The notes under the pieces were generated by a model. That model saw only the letters and a list, made by a program, of their open reading frames with translations, was not told the origin of the DNA and searched no databases. A stretch of 21,891 bases of DNA from Thermoplasmata archaeon (lineage in GTDB: Archaea; Thermoplasmatota; Thermoplasmata; Lutacidiplasmatales; UBA184): the NCBI GenBank assembly GCA_028864975.1, contig JAGWLG010000044.1, positions 1 to 21,891 of the forward strand, written 5' to 3'. Positions 15,729 through 21,891 of this stretch are shown in pieces. A program made the translations under genes and the position numbers. The stretch's first letter is position 1. Every line of letters begins with the position of its first letter.

Positions 15729-16880
15729 CTAGATCTCGTGGCCCCGAAGCCACATCGCGGTCTGCCCCGTCACGATCTTGCGGACCTTCTTGAGGTCCAC
15801 CACGGTGGCGGCGCCGGTCAGGAACATCGCGGTCTTGAGCTCCTCTTCGAAGAGACGCAGCTCCTCGACGGTGTCCCCATAGCTCGTGGAGGCGGCCTTG
15901 AGGATCCCCCCGGCGAACCCGACCGCCGTCGCTCCCAGCGCGAGGGCCCTCGCGGCATCGAGCCCGCTGCGAACCCCGCCGCTCGCGATGACCGGAAGCT
16001 TCTGCGGCAGGACCTCGAGCAGGCTCACGGGCGCGGGGATCCCCCAGTCCCAGAAGGTCTTCCCGAGGCGGATCTGGCGCTTGGCCCCCTGCTTCACCGC
16101 CCGGTGGTACTCCACCGCGGCGAAGGAGGTCCCCCCCCGACCGCTAACATCGAAGGCCTTCACACCGACACGCTTGAGACGCGTGGCCACATCCTTGCTG
16201 ATCCCGGCGCCGGTCTCCTTCGCGAGGATGGGGAACTCCTTGGCGAGCTTCCCGATCTGCTCGAGGCAGCCTCGTGCGTTCCGGTCCCCTTCGGGTTGGA
16301 TCCGTTCCTGCAGCGGATTCAGATGCACGGCCAGGACGTTCGCCCCGATGAGCTCCATCGCCCGTCGCGCTTCCTCCGCGCCCACCGGCCGCCCCCCGTC
16401 GGCCTGGGGGATGATCTGCGGGGCACCGATGTTCGCGATCTTGAGCGGGACCGAGTAGTCCTTGGCGCACGAGTAGCTCTCGGGGAAGGCCCCCTTCACG
16501 ATGGCCGCACGCTCGCTCCCGACGCCGAAGGCGACCCCTACCTCGGCGGCCGCCCGCGCGAGGTTCCGGTTGATGAAGGCGGCGCCGGGGTAGCCTCCCG
16601 TCATCCCGGTGATGACGAGCGGGAAGGCGAGCTCCTTTCCGAGGAGCTTCACCCGCGTGTCGATTTTGTCGAAGTCCACCTCGGGAAGCGAGTTGTGGAC
16701 GAGCTGGACATCCTCCCAGAACCGGTAGGAGCTCTGGACGTCCTCCTTCCCGAGGACGATCTGGACGTGTTCCGCCTTCCGGTGGAGCAGCACATCGCGC
16801 TGGAACTGCGCCTCCTCATCCAGAGGCTCTGTGGGCGATGCCGCTCCCCCCGGGATGGAGGGGGGCTGCCCAGGTGCCAT
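15729..16880 (-). CDS. fni: Type 2 isopentenyl-diphosphate delta-isomerase (FMN-dependent IDI-2)
   Basis: RKAEHV, PLVITGMTGG, GVGSERAA, ANIGAPQ, AVHLNPLQE..QPEGD, KETGAG, DVSGRGGTSFAAVE, WGIP, IASGGVRSG. ATG 16880 has a GGAGG SD. Confidence 0.96.
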   Translation of the reverse strand: MAPGQPPSIPGGAASPTEPLDEEAQFQRDVLLHRKAEHVQIVLGKEDVQSSYRFWEDVQLVHNSLPEVDFDKIDTRVKLLGKELAFPLVITGMTGGYPGAAFINRNLARAAAEVGVAFGVGSERAAIVKGAFPESYSCAKDYSVPLKIANIGAPQIIPQADGGRPVGAEEARRAMELIGANVLAVHLNPLQERIQPEGDRNARGCLEQIGKLAKEFPILAKETGAGISKDVATRLKRVGVKAFDVSGRGGTSFAAVEYHRAVKQGAKRQIRLGKTFWDWGIPAPVSLLEVLPQKLPVIASGGVRSGLDAARALALGATAVGFAGGILKAASTSYGDTVEELRLFEEELKTAMFLTGAATVVDLKKVRKIVTGQTAMWLRGHEI

Positions 16881-17664
16881 GAACGTCCTCCCCCCGGATC
16901 GCGCGAGAGAGGGTTCCATGCGAGAGGCCGCTAATAAGACCTGCGCGGCCGCCGCCTTCGGCGATGGCCAGCATCGCCTCCACCTTTCCCCGGATGCCGC
17001 CGGTCACATCCGGTCGGTCCGGCGCGGGCACGAGGGAAGGAGGCACCCCTCCCTCCAGCTCCCGCAACAACGTCGATCGCCCGTCCGAGCCCTTGACCAA
17101 CACGCCGGGGACGTCGCTCACGAAGAGGACCCGGCGGGAGGGTAGGTCGTTGGCCAGATGGACCGCGAGCGTGTCGCCCGACAGGATGGAGGAGCCCCAC
17201 GCCGTGTCCCTGACCACATCGCCGAACGAGACGGGGACGCCGCCCGCGGCCAGGATCTCCCGGAAGGGCCGCACCTCGAAGCTGCGCAGCTTCCCTTCCT
17301 CGTTCTCGAGAAAGGGGAACGGCGGGACCGAGCGGGCGGGAACCCCGGCATCCAGGAGCGACCGGAGGACGTGGAGGTGGAGCCGACGGACATCGTAGGC
17401 AGTGAGGGCCGCTCCCCGTTCCCGGTTCGCACGCCCCGGAGGGGGGCGCGAGAGCCCCCAAGCCTTCGCGCGGGGATGACCGAAGGACCCGGCGCCGTGG
17501 AGGAGGACGATGGGGCGCTTCCCCTGCTCCCATCCCAACGCGACCTCTCTCCCAAGACGGTCGAGCACCTTGGGGCGCAGGCGGTACGGCTCGCTCTTGC
17601 GCGTGATGATGCTCCCGCCCAGTTTGATGACGACAGGGTGGGGGGAACTGGACAGAGCGGTCAC
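16816..17664 (-). CDS. ipk: Isopentenyl phosphate kinase (amino acid kinase fold)
   Basis: VVIKLGGSIIT.K, LHGAGSFGH (IPK-specific His), GDVV, ILSGD, SDVPGV, DVTGGIRGKV; adjacent to fni. Confidence 0.93.
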   Translation of the reverse strand: MTALSSSPHPVVIKLGGSIITRKSEPYRLRPKVLDRLGREVALGWEQGKRPIVLLHGAGSFGHPRAKAWGLSRPPPGRANRERGAALTAYDVRRLHLHVLRSLLDAGVPARSVPPFPFLENEEGKLRSFEVRPFREILAAGGVPVSFGDVVRDTAWGSSILSGDTLAVHLANDLPSRRVLFVSDVPGVLVKGSDGRSTLLRELEGGVPPSLVPAPDRPDVTGGIRGKVEAMLAIAEGGGRAGLISGLSHGTLSRAIRGEDVHGTWAAPLHPGGSGIAHRASG

Positions 17665-17673
17665 GGGTCTTCC

Positions 17674-19512
17674 CTACATCCGTTCCAGGGCATCAACGCC
17701 GATCACCGCAAGGGTGTTCGCGAGGACCTGCCGCGCGGCACAGGTGAGGGCGAGCCGGAAAGGGCGCACCTCGTCCTCGCTGTTGAGCACGCGTAGCTCT
17801 TGGTAGAACTCGTTGAAGCGCTCCGCGACCTCGTGCGCGTAGAGCGCGAGCAGGTGGACGGACCGGCTCTCGGATACCCGAGCGATCAGACCGGGGAGCT
17901 GGCTCAGGGTCCGTACCAGCGCCTCCTCCTTCGGGTGGAGGGTGGGGGGTATCTGTTCCAGGGCCGGTGAGGGGACCACGAGCATCGGCGAGGTCTCCGA
18001 GCCGCCCGCCTTCCGCAGGATGCTGCAGGCCCGGGCGTGCGCGTACTGGACGAAGGGGGCGCTCTTGCCTTCGAACGAGAGCGCCTCCTCCCAGCGGAAG
18101 ACGATGGGCTTCTCGGGTTGAACACGCAGGATGTGGAACCGGACCGCCCCCGACCCCACGCTCTCGGCGATGCGCTCGACCTCCTCCGAGGGCAGGTCCT
18201 CGCGCCGCTTGCGGACCTCCTGGACGGCGCGCTCATGGGCTTCGTCCAGGACGTCGTCCAGGTTCACCACCCGTCCGCCGCGGGTGGTCATCCGGCCCTC
18301 GGGGAGGTTGATGAAGCCGTAGGTGAGGACCTCAGCGCTCCGCTTCTCACCCGCCGCCTCCAGGAGGGCGGCGACGCCCTTGGCGTGCAGCTTGTGGTCC
18401 TCCCCCAGGACGTCGATGACGCGGTCGAACCTTGCGAACTTCTGCAGGTGGTAAGCGAGGTCCCTCGCCGGATAGAGATAAGTCCCATCGGCCCGCCGGA
18501 AGTAGGCGAGGGGAGCTTCCTTCGGAAGCCCGAAGTCCGTGGCGTCGACCCCCTCCGCTCCGTCGTCGGTGCGACGGTAGCGCGAGGAGGCGCGGACCTT
18601 CTCGGCCACGCGCTCGACCGAACCGTCGAACAGGAAGTCCGACTCCCAAACGAACTCGTCGAACGCGGCGTGCATGCGAGCGAGCGAGGAGAGGATACCG
18701 TCGAGGATCTCCTTCGGGACCTTGCGGTACTCCTCCTTCGGCATGGCCCCGGATTCCATCCGGGCGGAGAGCTCCGCCAGCGAGCGGGCCGCTTCCTCGT
18801 GTTCCTTGATGTAGGCCGCCGTGGGGGGGTAAGCGCGACCGTACCAGTGGTCCGCCTTGAGCCCGGGGGGCCGCTCGTCCCCGGGAAGGTGCGAGGCTTC
18901 CCGGATCTGCGGGGGCCACTCCGAGAGGGGCTTGGACCAGATCCAGACGAGCATGGCCGCCTGGCGGCCGACGTCGTCGACGTAGAACTGGGACACGACG
19001 TTCCAGCCCGCGGCGCGTAGCACGCGCACCAACGTGTCGCCGATCACCGTGTTGCGTGAGCGCCCGATATGCAGGGGCCCCGTCGGGTTGGCGCTCGTGT
19101 GCTCGACGCACACCGATCCCGCCTTGGCGGCCCCCGCGCCGTAGCTCCCCTTTCCTTCCAGCACCATCCGTAGCGTCGTCGAGGTGAACGCTCTCAGGTC
19201 CATGTGGAAGTTGACGAACCCCCCTTCCGCGCTGACCCGAGGGAACTCGGGGGAGGGCGTGATGCCGGAAGCGATGGCCTTGGCGAGGTCGTCCGGCCTC
19301 TTCCCCAGCGTCTTGGACCAGCGGAACATGGGCACCGCCAGGTCGGCCTTCCCCTCGGGACCGGGCTCGAGTACGCGCGCGAGCTCCTCGACCGTGCCCT
19401 TCCAGCCCGCATGCTCGAGCGATGGGCGGAGCATCTCGGAGGCCCTTGCCCGAAGCGGTCCCCACGGGTCGGTGGGGAGCTTTCCGGAGGGAGCCGCGTC
19501 GGTAGCGGTCAT
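17674..19512 (-). CDS. argS: Arginine--tRNA ligase
   Basis: VEHTSANPTGPLHIGR (HIGH-type), YVDD.G.Q, GRMTTRGG, FEG.SAPFVQYAHARACSILRK, DALR-type anticodon-binding domain ending in ERM. Confidence 0.97.
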   Translation of the reverse strand: MTATDAAPSGKLPTDPWGPLRARASEMLRPSLEHAGWKGTVEELARVLEPGPEGKADLAVPMFRWSKTLGKRPDDLAKAIASGITPSPEFPRVSAEGGFVNFHMDLRAFTSTTLRMVLEGKGSYGAGAAKAGSVCVEHTSANPTGPLHIGRSRNTVIGDTLVRVLRAAGWNVVSQFYVDDVGRQAAMLVWIWSKPLSEWPPQIREASHLPGDERPPGLKADHWYGRAYPPTAAYIKEHEEAARSLAELSARMESGAMPKEEYRKVPKEILDGILSSLARMHAAFDEFVWESDFLFDGSVERVAEKVRASSRYRRTDDGAEGVDATDFGLPKEAPLAYFRRADGTYLYPARDLAYHLQKFARFDRVIDVLGEDHKLHAKGVAALLEAAGEKRSAEVLTYGFINLPEGRMTTRGGRVVNLDDVLDEAHERAVQEVRKRREDLPSEEVERIAESVGSGAVRFHILRVQPEKPIVFRWEEALSFEGKSAPFVQYAHARACSILRKAGGSETSPMLVVPSPALEQIPPTLHPKEEALVRTLSQLPGLIARVSESRSVHLLALYAHEVAERFNEFYQELRVLNSEDEVRPFRLALTCAARQVLANTLAVIGVDALERM

Positions 19513-19536
19513 GCGCGAACGTCAAGAGTGGTGGTC

Positions 19537-19545
19537 CTTGATAAC
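19537..19545 (-). promoter_or_regulatory. TATA-like element (GTTATCAAG on -) upstream of argS
   Basis: AT-rich element 25-33 nt upstream of the argS ATG within a 35-bp divergent gap. Confidence 0.4.
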
Positions 19546-19547
19546 AG

Positions 19548-20447
19548 GTGTTGTCCGACCTCCTCCTCGTACGCTACGGCGAGCTCGCGCTCAAGTCCCC
19601 CCCCGTGCGGCGAGAGTTCGAGAACCGTCTCAAGCACAACCTGCTCGAAGGGTTCCTGCGCGAGAAGCGCGAGTGCACGCTCTCGGCCGACCACGGCCAT
19701 CTCTACGTGCAGACGGCCGACGCGGAGGCGGCGGTCCCGATCGTCCGTCGGACCTTCGGCGTGGTCTCCGTAAGCCCGGCCCGTGTCGTGCCTTCTGAGC
19801 TCGCTTCCATCCTTCCGGCCGTGGCCGACGCGGCGGACGTGCTGTTGCCCCCACGCGCCCGCTTCGCCGTGCGCGCGCGACGGACCGGCTCCCACTCCTT
19901 TACCAGCCAGAGCCTCGGGGCTGCGGCGGGAGCGGCCATCCTCGAACGATACGCGGAGCGCGAGCTCAAGGTCGACCTGACGCACCCCGAGGTGGAGATC
20001 CACGTGGAGGTCCGGGGGCCCCGGACCTACCTCTACACGCAGCGCGCCAGCGGTCCCGGGGGGCTTCCGCTGGGGGTCGGCGGCAAGGTAGGGGCGCTCG
20101 TCGACGGTCCTCGTGGAGCCCTGGGAACGTTCCTTTTGATGAAGCGGGGCTGCCGGGCCTACCCCCTCTGCTTCGGAGCCGGCGAACCGCTGGTCCACGA
20201 TGTGCTCCAGGTCTTCGACCCGCGTATCGTCCTCGAGGGCGCCTCCGACAAGGCCGCGGCGTGGGCGGCCCTCAAGGAACGTGCGGTGAAGGGGGGCTGG
20301 GATGGCGTCGTCCTCGACCTCTCCGTGGAGGAACATGCGGCCGCGCGCGACTTTTTCGGGGAAACGGTCATCTTCTCCCCCACCGTGGGGCTCAGCGACG
20401 AGGAGGTTGCCCGAAGATGGTCCGACGTGGTCGCGCTCCTGCAGTGA
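19548..20447 (+). CDS. ThiI-like THUMP-domain protein with degenerate PP-loop domain (299 aa)
   Basis: LLVRYGELALKS..VRR.FE.RL..N, FGVVS.SP, FAVRARRTG.H.FTS, VDL.HP..EIHVEVR, GPGGLPLG..GKV, LMKRG. The SGGxDS PP-loop is replaced by VDGPRG. Start could be GTG 19548 or TTG 19551. Confidence 0.85.
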   Translation: MLSDLLLVRYGELALKSPPVRREFENRLKHNLLEGFLREKRECTLSADHGHLYVQTADAEAAVPIVRRTFGVVSVSPARVVPSELASILPAVADAADVLLPPRARFAVRARRTGSHSFTSQSLGAAAGAAILERYAERELKVDLTHPEVEIHVEVRGPRTYLYTQRASGPGGLPLGVGGKVGALVDGPRGALGTFLLMKRGCRAYPLCFGAGEPLVHDVLQVFDPRIVLEGASDKAAAWAALKERAVKGGWDGVVLDLSVEEHAAARDFFGETVIFSPTVGLSDEEVARRWSDVVALLQ

Positions 20448-20746
20448 ACGACGCGCGCACGGCCCAGCGTCGGCTCGACGAGCCGTTCTCCGAGGGGGAG
20501 GAGGCGAGGACGGAATCGGACTACCGCGACCTTCGCGAGACCCGGGGGTCGCCCACGCCGCTCCCCTACGAAGAACGGGTCGCCGCGTGGATCCGAGAAC
20601 GCGAGGAAGCTATCCGGCGCCGGAACGCGCAGCCGGACGAAGGATTGCCGCCGCAAGCCCCCCCTCCCCCGGCGCCCCGGAGCGTTTCCGCCCCCGCCCC
20701 CGAGGCCGGCGCAGGAGTGCGACCGGAAAACCGTGACGGGGACTGA
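20444..20746 (+). CDS. Small orphan protein (100 aa); last codons and stop lie inside the IS left end
   Basis: GTGA overlap with the thiI-like stop suggests translational coupling. Helical charged core PLPYEERVAAWIREREEAIRRRN, then a Pro-rich linker. Confidence 0.5.
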   Translation: MNDARTAQRRLDEPFSEGEEARTESDYRDLRETRGSPTPLPYEERVAAWIREREEAIRRRNAQPDEGLPPQAPPPPAPRSVSAPAPEAGAGVRPENRDGD

Positions 20747-20747
20747 C
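20714..20747 (+). repeat. Left terminal inverted repeat (bipartite)
   Basis: GGAGTGCGACCGGAAAA + 9-nt spacer + GGACTGAC. Confidence 0.85.
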
Positions 20748-20807
20748 ATCCTTCTCGTTCGAGTCGAACTTCCGGATTGAAGAACTGGGAGCCGCGGCGT
20801 CGGCGGT

Positions 20808-21860
20808 GTGCAAGCGCCAAGCCGCCGCGGCGGGAGCCGTGAGGCTCCTCGAAACCCCCGAGCAACCTACCCCCTGAAAAAGACCGTCCTCGACCCGAAC
20901 CCCCGACGGGGCCTCCGTCGCAGGGACCACCAGCGCTCTCGCGCCTTTGCCCGACGGGGGCTCTTGGTCGTCTTCCAGACCCTCTCCCGTCTCGTCGACG
21001 AGAGCCCTCCCCCCTATGCGGTCCGGGGTCCCCACACTCGGGGTCGCCCTCCCGCGGACCCGCGCGATGTGGCCCGCTTCCTCCTGATCCGCGCCCTGGA
21101 GGGGTGGTCCTTCGACACCACCTTCGCCCACCTCACCGCCATCCCGGGTCTCCCCCATCTCCTCGGCTTCCGTCGGGTCCCTCACGCGTCCACGGTGATC
21201 GGGCATGTCGACCGGATCCCCCCCTCGTACTGGCAGGGGCTCGTTCAGCAACTCAACCTTCGTCTCGGGAGAACCTTCCGTGCACCGTGGAACATCGCCG
21301 GCGACTCCACGGGGGCGGCCATGCGCGAGTACCTTCGATGGCGGGACCAGCGCCACGGGTCTTCCCGCCATCGGGACTTTGTGAAGCTCCACGCGCTCGT
21401 GGTGACCCGGGCTCAGGGACCGTGGTTCGCCGCGGTCCACGCCACCCCCAGCAACGTGACGGACGTGACCGAGCTGGGCGAACTTCTCGCCCAGCTCCCC
21501 GCTGAGATCCCTCTTGGGAACGTGACGTTGGACAAAGGGTACCAGTCTCGAAGGAACGCCCAGCTCATTGTGGATCGCGGCGGCCGCCCGGTGATGGACC
21601 TGAAGGCCTCGGTGCTGGGGGCCCGGCACAGCTACCCCAAGGGCCACACGGCCTGGAAGATGGCGCTGCGAGAACGGAGGGACCGGAGGCGGTTCCGATG
21701 TCGGTACCGCCGTCGGACCATCATCGAAGGGGTCTTCGGGGCGTTCAAGGCCCGATTCGGGGCGAAGGTCCGATGCAAGGTGTTCGAGCACCAGGTCGCG
21801 GAGATGCTAGCTCGAACCGTCGTCTGGGATGCCCTGGCGGTGGTCTACCATGAGGCCTAG
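20808..21860 (+). CDS. IS5-family (DDE_Tnp_1-type) transposase
   Basis: Catalytic triad contexts AGDSTG, TLDKGY and YRRRTIIEGVFGAFK (Y-2-R-3-E-6-K signature), plus the FVKLH motif typical of IS5/IS903/ISH1-like enzymes. Start codon uncertain. Confidence 0.9.
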   Translation: MQAPSRRGGSREAPRNPRATYPLKKTVLDPNPRRGLRRRDHQRSRAFARRGLLVVFQTLSRLVDESPPPYAVRGPHTRGRPPADPRDVARFLLIRALEGWSFDTTFAHLTAIPGLPHLLGFRRVPHASTVIGHVDRIPPSYWQGLVQQLNLRLGRTFRAPWNIAGDSTGAAMREYLRWRDQRHGSSRHRDFVKLHALVVTRAQGPWFAAVHATPSNVTDVTELGELLAQLPAEIPLGNVTLDKGYQSRRNAQLIVDRGGRPVMDLKASVLGARHSYPKGHTAWKMALRERRDRRRFRCRYRRRTIIEGVFGAFKARFGAKVRCKVFEHQVAEMLARTVVWDALAVVYHEA

Positions 21861-21862
21861 AG

Positions 21863-21890
21863 GTCAGTCCTCATTTCCCGGTCGCACTCC
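21863..21890 (-). repeat. Right terminal inverted repeat (bipartite)
   Basis: Reverse complement reads GGAGTGCGACCGGGAAA + 3-nt spacer (TGA) + GGACTGAC. Confidence 0.85.
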
Positions 21891-21891
21891 C

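Larger units (their letters stand above)
20714..21890 (+). mobile_element. IS5-family insertion sequence, ~1177 bp, apparently complete
   Basis: Single DDE transposase bounded by inverted repeats GGAGTGCGACCGG(A/G)AAA (16/17 match) at 20714-20730 and 21874-21890. The target-site duplication cannot be seen because the window ends. Confidence 0.85.

Noticed and set aside
16816-16880. Possible programmed frameshift creating an IPK-IDI fusion
   Set aside because: fni has its own SD and ATG, and I see no slippery heptamer; a simple overlap explains the sequence.
176-20447. Three probable pseudo-enzymes in one window (Cdc6-like, Arg-less Rid, ThiI-like) as a single system
   Set aside because: They are kilobases apart, in different transcription units and unrelated pathways; nothing links them beyond proximity.
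20833-20877. Short out-of-frame ORF (GGAG, GTG 20839, MRLLETPEQPTP*) that could feed the transposase by -1 frameshifting
   Set aside because: No canonical X-XXY-YYZ slippery site is in the right frame, and the transposase frame is already open from GTG 20808.
76-21791. Many long alternative-frame and antisense ORFs (e.g. 76-1065 +, 3039-4334 -, 5456-7645 +, 15432-16934 +, 18347-19525 -, 20610-21791 -)
   Set aside because: They overlap genes with clear family motifs, are dominated by Arg/Gly/Pro/Ala and show no motifs of their own. These are the shadow ORFs expected at high GC.
1-21891. CRISPR arrays, tRNA/rRNA genes, defence or viral modules
   Set aside because: No regularly spaced direct repeats, tRNA cloverleaf with GTTCRA T-loop, rRNA signature, integrase, capsid or defence-type nuclease was seen.

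Overview
High-GC (roughly 68-70% by eye) archaeal DNA. The gene set and surface-protein style suggest Thermoplasmata (inference, not a database result). Left to right: (1) an Orc1/Cdc6 paralog with degenerate Walker A/B motifs, divergent from a small PH-like protein; (2) yjbQ, an unknown beta-rich protein whose start codon looks broken, an MFS transporter and a small HExxH zincin-like protein; (3) a large membrane-anchored PQQ-type beta-propeller/Ig-like surface protein; (4) an S58/DmpA-family peptidase and a Rid-family protein; (5) an HTH-CBS regulator, a large membrane-anchored clan GH-A glycoside hydrolase and a pilin-like protein; (6) a tightly packed argS-ipk-fni-elp3 run, divergent from a ThiI-like THUMP protein that has lost its PP-loop; (7) a small orphan ORF and an apparently complete ~1.18 kb IS5-family element with bipartite terminal inverted repeats ending at the window edge. 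I saw no tRNA, rRNA or CRISPR array. The window is mostly core genome and I cannot support a complete new multi-gene system. The best leads are the probable pseudo-ATPase Cdc6, the probable non-catalytic ThiI-like protein and the cell-surface glycoside hydrolase/pilin-like pair.
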